Below, piece by piece: positions 14,652 to 26,180 of a stretch of DNA of 64,000 bases. The notes below the pieces were generated by a model. It ran no database searches, had not been told where the DNA came from, and saw nothing but the letters and a program-made list of their open reading frames with translations. The DNA lies in contig CM052817.1 in assembly GCA_028534125.1 (NCBI GenBank), positions 25,918,001 to 25,982,000 on the forward strand, in the 5' to 3' direction. This DNA comes from Lama glama. Taxonomy: Eukaryota. The translations under genes were made by a program, and so were the position numbers. Within the stretch, counting starts at the first letter, position 1; every line of letters starts with the position of its first letter.

Positions 14652-14774
14652 CTGTTTCTGAAATGTATGTAACAGGATCCTGGTGTCTAATTTTAGCAGG
14701 TTTAGAAGTCAGTGGCAATTTTTCTGGTTGCTTTTTGGTGTTTTTTACCTGCATTGTTTCCTCTGATTCTGAAT
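14652..14774 (-). CDS. RFC1: RFC1 coding exon 4
   Basis: ttttcag|AT...ACAG|gtaagg, 123 nt, translating (D)SESEETMQVKNTKKQPEKLPLTSKPAKIRHQDPVTYISET. It lies within ORF 14611..14898. I found no exon 5 in 1-14651. Confidence 0.96.
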
Positions 14775-14924
14775 CTGAAAACAACAGGTAAATAAACAAA
14801 ACTTTGAAAAGAAATAGTATAATGCAGTGTGTTTTTACAAAGGTTATTAACCAATTCCTCAAGACCATTTTCAAGGCAAATCTCTTATAAATTCTCATAG
14901 GTTACTTCAACCCATTTGGGCTTT

Positions 14925-15445
14925 TGTTATTACTTTTCTGTTGCTGCTATAACAAATCAGCACAAACTTAGTGGCTTAAAACAACACAAATATATTATCT
15001 TACAGTTCTGGAGGTTACAAATCCAATTTGGGTCTCACTGGGCTAAAATCAAGTATCAGGAAGGCTGTGATCCTCTCTGGATACTCTAGGGAAAAATCCA
15101 TTTCCTTGCCTTTTCCAGTTTCTAGTGACAGCTAGCATTCCTTAGCTCACTGACCCCCTCCTCCTTCATCTTCAAAACCTACAACATTAGGCAAGTTCTT
15201 CTCATTAGGCTGCCATCTCTCTGATTCTCTGACCTTCTTCCATAGTCAGTCTCTCTCTAAATTTCTTCATCTGCCTCCCTCTGTCTGTGAATATAGGGCC
15301 CACCCAGATAATCTCCCTACTTCTAGGTCATCTGATTATCAACCTTAATGTCACCTACAATTTTAATTTCCTTTTGCCATATAACCCAACATATTCACAG
15401 GTTCTAGTGTGGATATCTTTGGGAGCCATTATTCTGTCTACCACA
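14925..15445 (-). mobile_element. MaLR solo LTR (MLT1C/D-like)
   Basis: gctgctataacaaat..cacaaacttagtggcttaaaacaacac...ttattctgtctaccaca. Confidence 0.8.
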
Positions 15446-15928
15446 ATCTAATCACCCAGAACATTTAAATGTAAATCAAGACAAAGTAGAAGTATCTAGT
15501 ATATGCCTGGTACAATGGGAGTTTCATAAACTTTAGTATCCTTCCTCTTCTTCTCACCATGCATTTACAAATCCTGTCTCATGCTGTTCAAAACTGTACC
15601 AAACAATTAAATTTCCACTTTCCCAAACGATGGAAACTCTGGGGGAATGGGGGTATGTACTTATTTCAAATTCTTTACAATATACAGCAGCAGAAGACTC
15701 ACAATAAATACTCAATTACTTTTAGATTTGAGTCAGAAACTTTGCCATTACTGTCAAAATCCTGACAATCTATAAATGCTTCCTTATGTTATATTTTTAA
15801 TTTTAAAAATTCACACCAAATAGATCTTGTCCAAAACAGCAAAACCTAAAAATTCCTGAGTTCTACCATTATTTTAACATACCATAAAAGGCATGCATAA
15901 AAGTGTACAATTTCTATCTTTAAAAGTA

Positions 15929-16551
15929 CAGTCGACCCTTGAACATGGGTTTTAATTCTGCAGGTCCATTTATACATGAATTTTTTCAATAAATATATTG
16001 GAAAAAAATTTGGAGATTTGCGATAATTTGAAAAAACTCACAAACCAATCACATAGCCTAGAAATATAGAAAAAATTAAGAAAAGGTGTGTCATGAATGT
16101 ATACAATATATGTAGATACTAGTCTATTCTTACATACATATAAGGTGCTATTTAACACAAAATTAGTATGTGTTAGTCTTCTATTTTGTACATTTGCTTT
16201 CAAAGAATAATATTACTGAACAGTATGCCTCTCTCTCATACAGGAAAAACTGCATATCAGCCTATGCACAGGTAAGTGTTTTTTTTTATGTAACAATGTT
16301 TCTAATACTATATTATGAATATGACTGTAATACTGTACGCCATGACAATTTTATAACAAATTCATTCATTAGTGAATAGGCTAGGCTACCATGAAGCAAT
16401 TATTATTAATCGGCTGTTTATGTTATCAGCAAGGCTTCTGGTCAACAGCAGGCTATTAACAGTTTTTTGGAGGAGTCAAAAGTTATATGCAGATTTTCAA
16501 CTTGGGGGAGAGGTCAGAGCCCCTACTCTCGCATTGTTCAAGGGTCAACTA
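15929..16551. mobile_element. Tigger2-family (Tc1/mariner) non-autonomous element
   Basis: TIRs cagtcgacccttgaaca ... tgttcaagggtcaact, flanked by TA. Confidence 0.85.
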
Positions 16552-17009
16552 TATATTCAAAGAAAGTGTTTTAATTGTGTTTGATTCTTTTTAAATGCAA
16601 CAGAAAAGGACCAGATTAAAAGCATAAAAATTAAATTTTAGATCTTTGTTTCTGAAGCAATATTTTAAGGCACTATTTTAAAATTCAGTTTTCAAGAAAC
16701 TCAGCTGAAAGAAAAGTTAATAGGTATTTTTAAAAATAAATATACCATATTCAAATTAAGTTTGAGACATGCTATATATACTATATCCCTTTCTGAACAA
16801 AACTTTAATACATGAACATATTTAGGCTCTGATAAATTCAGTAGTGTAATAAAATTGTTTTCAACTTCATTGGAACATAAAGCCCTCTTCTCAAAGCATC
16901 TAGTAACATCATAGAGAACTGTGTGTCTCAGAACATCAGTTTGGTAAACATTGTTCTAACAGATACAAAATAATTTTTAAACTTTAAAGCTCCTCAAAAG
17001 AAATATTAC

Positions 17010-17085
17010 CTGAATCATAAATGATCCTCTTTTTCTTGTTTGGTTGCTTCTGTCTGAAGTCATCATCTTTACAGGAACTATTTAC
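17010..17085 (-). CDS. RFC1: RFC1 coding exon 3
   Basis: ttatag|GTA...TCAG|gtaata, 76 nt, translating VNSSCKDDDFRQKQPNKKKRIIYDS(D). Phase fits exons 2 and 4. Confidence 0.96.
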
Positions 17086-17139
17086 CTATAAACATTACAG
17101 TATAATTATAACATAAACTATAGAAATGATCCCTAAAAT

Positions 17140-17260
17140 GTGTATGTAAGACTGAACGATTACACTGTACACCAGAAATTGACATAACATTGTAAACTGA
17201 TTATACTCCAAGAAAAAAAAAAAAAGAAAAACAGAAAGAAAAAGAAAAGAACACAAAGAA
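17140..17260 (+). mobile_element. L1 3' tip with an A/AAAAG-rich tail
   Basis: Same 3'-end motif (ctgtacaccagaaattgacataacattgtaaactga) followed by a tail of about 50 nt of mostly A and G. Confidence 0.8.
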
Positions 17261-17309
17261 GTCCATATAACTTAGCTATTTTTTCCTCATTAGATTTGGG
17301 CTTATTAGT

Positions 17310-17480
17310 TCACAGCTGGAGAAACACTGCCCCCCAGGAGACATTTTTGCTTGTCATAACTGGGGTGGGGCTATTACCAGCATATAATGGGTAGACTAGG
17401 GATGCTTACTAAACATTCTACAATGCACAGGGCACTCCTTCACAACTAAGAATTATCCAGCCCCAGATGTCAATAACGCC
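17310..17480 (-). mobile_element. MER20 fragment
   Basis: ggagacatttttgcttgtcataactgggg...taaacattctacaatgcacagg. Confidence 0.7.
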
Positions 17481-17510
17481 CTAATTAGGCTAAAGAAAAG
17501 GCCAGACTTA

Positions 17511-18420
17511 TCATCAAAAAGACAAGAAATGACAAATACTGGCATGGATGTGGAAAAAAGGGAAGCGTTGTGCACTGTCAGTAAGATTGTAAATTGGTAC
17601 AGCCACTATGAAGCATGGAGGTTATTTACCCCCAAAATTAAAAATAGATCTAACTACCATATGACCCAGCAATTCTACTTTTGGGAATATACCCAAAGGA
17701 AACAAAAACACTAACTTAAAAAGATATCCACACCCACATGCTCATAGCAGCATTATTTACAATAGCCATGACACCAAAACAACCTACGTGTCCATCAACG
17801 GATGAATGAATAAAGAAGTTGTGGTATATGTACTACCTGAATCACAGATAGATCCATAATAATGGAATACTATTTAGCCATAAAAATTAGGATATCCTAC
17901 CATTTGCAACAACATGGATTGAACTTGAAAGTATTATGCTAAGTGAAATAAGTCAGGTAGAGAAAGACAAATACTATGTATCTCACTTGTATGTCGAATC
18001 TTTAAAAAAAAAAAACAAAACACAAACAAACAAAAAAAACTCATAACCAAACTCATAGAAAAAGAGATCAGATCTGTGGTTACCAGAGGCAGGAAGTCAG
18101 GGGAACTGGAGGAAGGTGGTCAAAAGGTACAGACTTCTGGTTTTAAGATAAATAAGTGCTAGGGATGTAATGTACAACATGAAGACTACAGTTAACACTG
18201 CTGTATGATATATAGGAAAGTTAAAAGAGTGGATCCTAACAGTTCTTAGCACAAGGAGAAATTTTTTTCTTTCTTTTCTTTATACTGTCTCTCAGACGAT
18301 GGATGTTAAACCCATTGTGGTAATCATTTCATAATATGTGTAAATCAAACCATCATGCTGTACACTTCAAACTTAAACAATCAAGCATGTCTATTATTTC
18401 TTAATAAAACTGGGGGAAAA
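17511..18420 (+). mobile_element. L1 3' end (L1MA9-like)
   Basis: ORF2 end plus 3' UTR: gatgtggaaaaaagggaa, catatgacccagcaatt, atgctaagtgaaataagtcag, ending in aataaaactggggg. Confidence 0.85.
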
Positions 18421-18919
18421 AATCGGCCAGATAATAATCACATCAGATGGGAAAGAAAGAATTGTAGAAAAAGCTGTACTATTATCCAGCTCCATTTTCA
18501 TTACTAATCTATATATAACAAAGAATAAAAGTATGTCAGTGATTAGAAGGCAAGCGTTTACTGAAAATGAAAGATAAGAGACAGAAATAAAAGCTAAGGA
18601 TCTGTGGGCCTACCACTACCCAATGCCTGGTGGAAAGCTAAATAAAACCAAGGCAAAAGGTGTTAATATTTATATTTTCAGTTATATATCACATTTCTAA
18701 CATACTCATTAAGTACTACTAATATTTTGTAGTCATACATCACATTTCTAACGTATTCAAATTTTCCAAAAAAGCATCAAAAAGCAGACAGAAAGAAACA
18801 AAATCAATTATAAGGGAGAACTATGTTTCTGTCCATTATAATGAAACTTCAAAAACATAAGCACAATTAAGCAGCTTCGAAGAAAATGAAACGAATAAAC
18901 CATTATAATTCAAATATAC

Positions 18920-21900
18920 CACCAGACCAAAGGACAAAATTAGAAACCACAGTAATTCAAAAGTAGGAGAAGAGGGTATCCCAGAAAGGAGAGAGCCACA
19001 GAATGGGAGTCCCAAATTCTGTCAATAAACTTAACCCAAATTTGTGGCTGTCTCCTGAACTACATAAGCACAGAACAACTTCAAATACCCAGAGAAAGTT
19101 AAAAAAGTTAAACAAATATGCCCGCTGCTGCCCATCATAGGATGGGCAAGAGTTTGGAGTTTGAGTTCAGCCAAGTTAATTGCCTGCTACACCAAAAGAT
19201 TTAACACCCTTTGGAGGAATATAACAGAATCCAAAGTTCCTACATTGTAAAATTCACACTCTCCAAGGTAAATCCAAAATAACCAGACATACAGAGAAAC
19301 AGGAAAAGTGACCTGTGATGGTTAATTTTATGTGTCAATTTGACTGGGCAACAAGGTGGCCAAATATTTCATCAAGCATTACTCTGCATGTTTCTGTGAA
19401 GGTGTTTTTGTATGACCTTAACATTTAAATCAAACTGAGTAAAGCAGACTGCACTCCCTGTTAAGAGTGGGCTTCATCAAACAAGTTGAAGGCCTGAAGA
19501 GAACAAAAGGCTGAACCTCTCCCAAATAAGAGGATTCCTCCTTCATGATTGCCTTCAAGCTAGGACATCAGTTTTTCCTGCCTTCAGACCAGAACTAAAA
19601 CATCAGCTCTTCCTGGGACTCAAGTCTACTAGCTTTCAGACTGGAACCACATCATTGGCTCTCCTGGTCTCCTGTTCACAGGCCTTCAGACTCAGACTTG
19701 AACTACACCATCAGCTATCATGGGTCTCCAGCTTGCCAACTGTAGGTTGTGGGACTTGTTAGACTCCATCATCACATGAGTTGATTATTTAAAATAAATT
19801 TCTTTCCAGGTTCTGTTTCTCTGAAGAATCCTGACCAACACAGATTTTGTTATTGAAAAGTGGAGTGCAACTGTAAGAAATGCCTAAAATATGGAAGCAC
19901 CTTTGGAACTGGGTAATGGTTCAGGCTGGAAGAGTTCTACTGGACATGCTAAAAAAAAAAAAAAAAGGTCTAGACTGCTGTAAAGAAACTACTGGCAGAA
20001 ATTTGGATGTTATAGGCAATTTCAGTAAGGTCTCAAGAAGAAAAGATGAGAGGTATAAAGCCGCTATTGTCTTGAGAATACATGTATCATCATAAACAGA
20101 ATACTGGTAGAAATATGAATATTAAAGGTCATTCTGGTAAGGTTTCAGACAGAAATAAGGAACAGGCTATTGAAAACTAGAGGAAAGGCAGTCCTTGTTA
20201 TAAAATGGCAAAGAACTTGGCTGAATTTTGAAAGACAGAATTGTGAACAATGAAACTGGGTATCTAGCTGAGGAGATTTCTAAGCAAAATGTTGGAAGGC
20301 GCAGCCTGGGTCTTTCTGACTCTTCTAGTAAAATCCGTGAGGAGAGAGATGAATGGTTAACCAAAAAAGGAACCAAAACTTAAAGATCTGGAAAATTCTC
20401 AACCTGTCTACACTGCAAAAAATGAGAATGTGTGTCCTGAAAAGAATACTAAAAGTTTGCTGGACTATCAGCTGATAAAGAGATTATGGGATACACATGC
20501 AAAAACACTGCCAGTTTGAAATGAAGCAGACAAAATGAAGAAGGCTATCAAGCTTCTTGATTCTACAGGACAGGACAACAGAGTTATTCAGCTGCAAACC
20601 TACACTATTCTCCAAGAATAGGAAAGAAAGACCCTGAAGGAGACTGAAAGATAAAAGCTGTCTCATCCCCTATCCCAAGAGATCAGACAGCATCTACCCA
20701 GTAACCTTGGGGTAAGACCACCCTGAAGAGCTGTGGAGGTGGGACTACTGCCCCAGTGGGTCTAGAAGGCAGGACATCAAGCTACAGAAAAATATTCTCA
20801 AGCTTTAAGATCAAACATTATTTGCCTTGCTAGATTTTAGACTTGCTTGGCACTGTTACCCTTTCTTCCTCCTGATTTCTCCCTTTTGAAATGGGAATGT
20901 ACATTCTATACCTGTCCTACCATTGTACTTTGGAAACATATGTTGTCTAGTTTCACAGGTTCACAGCTGGAGAAGAATTTTGCCTCAGGATGCATCATAT
21001 CTCAAGTTTCACCCATATCTGATTTAGATGATAATTTTAGATAAGTCTCTGGAGTGTAGAGCTGATGATGCAATGAGTTAAGACTTTTGGGGGCTGTTAG
21101 AATCAAATGAATGTATTTTGCATGCAAGGACATGGATTTTAGGGGGCCACTGGCAGAATGTTACAGAATGAATGCTTGTATCCCCCCAAAATTCATATGT
21201 TGAGTTCCTACTATGGCTGTATTTGGAGATGGAGTCCCTACGGAGGTAATTAAGATTAAATGAGGTCACAGGGATGACCCTTGATCTGACAAGTTAGTGT
21301 CCTTGTAAGAAGAGACACCAGAAAGCTCACCTGCATGCACACACATGCACACACTCACTCACTCTCTCTGTGTCTTAACCACTCTCTCTCCCTATGCACT
21401 AACACCAAGGAAAGACCTTGTGAGGACACAGCAAGAAGGCAGCCATCTGCATGCCAGAAAAACAGCTCTCATTATAAAATGAATTGGCTGGAATCCTAAT
21501 CATAGACTTCTAGATCTCAGAACTATAAGAAAATAAATTTCTGTTACTTAAGCCAGCTAGTCTATGGTATTTTATGGTAGCCCAAGCTAATACATGAGCC
21601 ATAGACTCAAGATAAAAGGCCTTAATTGAGACCAAGCCTAATATAACCCAAATACTAAAATTAGCAAACAAGAAATTTAAAGGAGCTACTATAGCTACAC
21701 TTAAGAACATAAAGGAAAGAAATTAAAAACCATGAAAAGGAACCAAATGGAGAGTCTAAAATTAAAAATTTTAATATTTAAAATATTCACTATGTAGGCT
21801 TAACAGCAAATTGGACATGAAGAAGAGTCAACGAACCTGAAGATAATACAGAAATTATCCCAATCTGAAGCACAGAGAAAAAAAAGAACAAAATGAATAA

Positions 21901-22690
21901 GCCTCAATGATCTGTGATGCAATCCCAAAATCCTAATATGTATGTAATTGGAATGACAGAAGAAGAGGAGAGAGAGAATGGGGCAGATATATGTATTTGA
22001 AGAAACAATGGCAGAGTTCCCAAATCTGAAGAAAGATACAGATTTACAGGCTCAAGAAGCTCAGATACCCTACACAGTATAAACACAAGAAAACCACACC
22101 CAGCTACACCATAGGCAAAGTTAAAACCCAAAGATAAAAAGACAGTCTTTCAAAGCAGCATGAGAAAAACAATGCATTAAATACAAAAAACAAAAATAAA
22201 AAACAATATGAATAACTGCTAACATCTCATCAAAAAAAATGGAGACCAAAACACAGTAGAACATCTTTAAAGTGCTGAAACAAAAAAAAAGTCCATCAAA
22301 AAATTCCATATCCAGCAAAAGTAACCTTCAAGAGTGAAAGTAAAACAAAGACAAAAACTTAACAGAATTCATTGCCAACAGACCTATTCTACAAGAAATG
22401 CTTAAGAAAATTCTTCAGGTTTAAAGGAAATAACATTAGATGGAAATTCAGATCTTCAATAAGAAATGAAAATCACCAGAAATGGCAAGCACATGATTAA
22501 ATATAAAAGATCATTTTTCTCTTTTAATTTCTTTAAAATACATGCCAGCTTAGAGCAATAATTATTACACTGAATGTGGAGTATTAACATAAGCAGATGT
22601 AATACATATGGCCAACTAGGGCATAAAGGATGGGGCGGTGGTAAACCGATCTGTAGTTGCAAAACTCTTACATTTTACACAAAGTGTAAC
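18920..22690 (+). mobile_element. Old L1M 5'/ORF1-region fragment split by an LTR element
   Basis: L1 ORF1-like A-rich sequence at about 18920-19313 resumes at 21595 (gaaattatcccaatctgaag, caagaagctcag, ccatatccagcaaaa). Confidence 0.7.
19314..21594 (+). mobile_element. MaLR-type provirus: MLT2-like 5' LTR (19314-19842), MLT1-type internal region, MLT1A/B-like 3' LTR (21159-21594)
   Basis: TG...CA ends on both LTRs; the internal region starts gattttgttattgaaaagtgg..ctttggaactgggtaatg; flanks are tgacc / tgagc. Confidence 0.75.
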
Positions 22691-23107
22691 TCAGATTCAC
22701 TATTGCAGCCATTGCCTGTGCTTTCCATAGTGACATTATATCTTAACTTCTCTGAAGCCCAAGGAGGACAGGGAAAAGAATAAAACTTTCCTCCAAAGCC
22801 TTCCTTCACCTGAAGTCCGATACCATTCACCTGGGACTCGTGTCTCTATGAGCAAACTTTGATCTTAAAATGAAAGCTGTAACAACTAAAAAGGGTTCCA
22901 CCACTACTTCAGGAAAATGCAAGCTATGAATGAAGTAAAGCCATGTTAACTAGAAATAACTAATACCTTATTACTTTTCTTCCTCCTCTGCTAATAAATG
23001 AGTTGAAATCTGTATTTACTATTACTCAAGGCTCCCAATATATCAAATCTCAGAAGTGAGTTTATTTAACCTTTTATACGATTCAATATCGTATCTGGAA
23101 AACTGAC

Positions 23108-23233
23108 CTTGATTTCCTTTATTCCTCTCTTTGCTTTTAAAGTTTCTTCAGCAGACTTTTTCTCATTCTTCTTTACTGTTTCACTTACAAGTTTCTTTCC
23201 ACTTGGTACAACCCCAAAGAACTTCCGAATATC
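23108..23233 (-). CDS. RFC1: RFC1 (replication factor C subunit 1) coding exon 2
   Basis: ttttag|GAT...AAG|gtcagt, 126 nt, translating DIRKFFGVVPSGKKLVSETVKKNEKKSAEETLKAKRGIKEIK, which matches the RFC1 N-terminus as I recall it. Confidence 0.97.
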
Positions 23234-24943
23234 CTAAAAGCAAAAACAAGAGATGCACACACAAACATTAACTGCACAAAATTCTAGTTTCAATTGTAAA
23301 AAGGAACAACTCTACACACACACTAATCTACCCTCAGTATTTCTTCAGTGAGATAGGTCCATGTGTGCAGTTGCACTCTTTCTATATGCAAAAGTTAACT
23401 GATAGAATTATGAGTCAGAAATAATGTGCCTAATGAAAAGATTAATTCTCAGAAACTGGGCAAAAATAAGTGAAATTTTTGTTAACAATAGCACAATTAC
23501 TAAAAAGGCAAGTAACAAGTATTTATTGACTATGCATGCACATACCCCATTACTGCAGGCACAGTAGGGGAAAAAATAAAAGATGAAGAATATAATCCTT
23601 GCCCATGGGAGTTCTACTCTAGTTTGGGAGAATAAAACTCTCATAACCCTGATCATTTAAGATCTTAATAACTAAGAACCTTGAAATTATTTTCTTGTAT
23701 ATGATTTTTCCAAATCCCAAGGAAAAAATTTTGATGACTACAATATTTTCTTCAATTACTCTATCCCCTGTGTTAAACAGTAGAATCAAATTAATCATAT
23801 TGAAACATTTATGATGTAATTTACTATTAAAATCACTCACCTTTCTTACCCTTTGCAAACATATTCTTCCCTATTCTTTTAGATTTAAGCTTTGAAAAAA
23901 CTATGGTGTAGAGGAAAGGGAACAGACCTTAGAATGAGAAATCCCTGGTATAAATCTCTGCTCTAGTGGTTTCTAGCTATGTGACTTCGGGCAAGTCTAT
24001 TTAATCTGTTTTCTCATCAGTAAAGTTAGACTAATATTCCCTACAGTTTATGGATTAATTATGCATCTATCACAGTTCTGGTTCAGTAAAAAGCTTCCCT
24101 TCCCTCTCATTAATGAACTATTATCCCTTCATGTCACTGAAACATAACCCATTCACAGTGATCTCTGCTCACAGGCAAGGGTATAAGGAACAGAGAGAAT
24201 AGTGAGAATTTAGGATCTGAATTCCAAAGAACTGGATTCAAAAGCCAGTTGTACCATTTTCCCATTTTCTACTCTTAATGGTTATAAAACTGAGTTTTCA
24301 ATCCTGTTTACATGTTTCAACCTCTCTCTCTTTATTGTGGTGAGGAAAACGCCTGTTAAAAGTACTCTGTGAAATGTAAGAAAGTTAACAATTTTTCCTA
24401 GAACCTGGCAGTAATTGTCATACTCTGAAAATGTCAAAAACCCCAAACAAGTGTGTTATGCAAACACACCAACACACACACAAATAGCTTTGTGGTTAAG
24501 CCAATAAGCAAAATAGATAAATATCTACATTAATTTTTTTTGAAAGGTTACAGACTTCCCTGGTTTTGTACCCTCTTTTGTAAATTTCTTAATATAGAAA
24601 AGTCACAACTCCATCTTAAAATTACACCATTTGCAGAATGCATACCTCAGCTATAAGCCTGAGACATTTGTGCCAGGTGCTAAAGAAATGATAGATGATA
24701 AAGAAGGCCAGAAAGCCACTGCCTTCCATATAATTTGCAAAGAATTGAGTTTGGGGCTGACAACTACTCACTTTATTGCTTCTGGAGGAAATGAGAGTTT
24801 CATATTGGAGTTTCACTTTTAAAATTACCAAGTGAGTATTCACTCAAACACTGGTGACTTTTTAAACAAACACGAACACACACACACACACACAGCACAC
24901 ATGCACCATGGATATACCAAAACTGAGTATTAATAATCAGGTT

Positions 24944-25034
24944 GAGGGGAGTGGGTATAGCTCAGTGGTAGAGTGCATGCTTAGCAAGCACAAGGTCCTG
25001 GGTTCAATCCCCAAAACCTTCATTTAAAAAAAAA
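24944..25034 (+). mobile_element. tRNA-Ala-derived SINE (Vic-1-like)
   Basis: gggtatagctcagtggtagagtgcatgcttagc...gggttcaatcccc with an A tail and TSD aatcaggtt. Confidence 0.9.
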
Positions 25035-25699
25035 AATCAGGTTAAAGTTGGTGGTGGTTTTCCATCTATGTTAGAACCACAGATGCTTAAAACCGCAAAG
25101 AGAAAGAAAACAAAACAATTCAGGAAGTGGAACTGTTGGTTTAACGTCGAGCTCGCTGATTTGTTTGTACATAGTGCCAATCCTCAGCACTGTTGCAACC
25201 CTTCCTTCCTAATTAATTCTTCCTAAGTATTCACACCCCATTTCTTTTCCTTTCCCTTTATTCTACCCTACACTCCCAACTCCATATGCCCTTATAGTCT
25301 GACGGCAGCAGAACAATTAAAGAAATTACAGCAACCTGATCTAAATTAGTACATAGTAAAAATCTAAACTTTTGGAAAAGAATTTTCATCAGAATGAAAG
25401 TCATTCTACTTACACCTTTTTAGGGATTATCTCCAATGTGAGCAGCCATCTAGTGTACAAACATCTAAGAGGCAAAGGTCACCAATTTGACATTAATTTA
25501 TAGTGTGACTTCATCATACTCTTCAACTAACATTCCCTGTCTGGTATTCTAGATCTTTAAAGAGTTCATGAAATGAAGTACAAGCCTAGTGACTAATCAA
25601 ACTCCCAAACAATGGATCTGAACATCACTCTTACCTGCACAGAATTCTTGGTGAGTATATGAATAGAAAAAGGAACACATTTTTAAATTTACTTTTATC

Positions 25700-26180
25700 A
25701 TTAAAAGGAAAGTCCTTCTGAGTAGAACATCAAGGCTAGAAACCATCCATAAAGAAAGACTATCTGGCTACATAAAAATAAAAGATGCCATAAGCAAACT
25801 TAAAATATAAGCAACTAACATGAAAGTATCTATAACATGCTATATATAAAAGGTCTCCTACAAATCAACCAAAGATAACCCAGTGGAAAAGCAAATAAAA
25901 GCTATTAGTAGGAAAATTAAAAGAAACACAAATAACCAATAAAAGGAATAAAAGATGCTCAACTTCACAAATACAAAGAGATAAATTAAAACTTGATTAT
26001 TTTTCTCTAAGTGTTAAAAGATTGATAATGCCCAGATTTGTCAAAGATATGGGCAAACAGATGCTTACACACTACACTGCTAATAAAAGTAAAAATTGGT
26101 ATAACCTTTCCAAAACAATCCAATAATATTTATCAAAAGTTTAAATGTGCATACCCTTTGTCCCAGTAATTTCATTTCTA
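25700..26180 (+). mobile_element. Old L1M fragment
   Basis: aaagatgctcaacttca, gtaaaaattggtataacc, tgcataccctttgtcccagtaatt. Confidence 0.65.
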
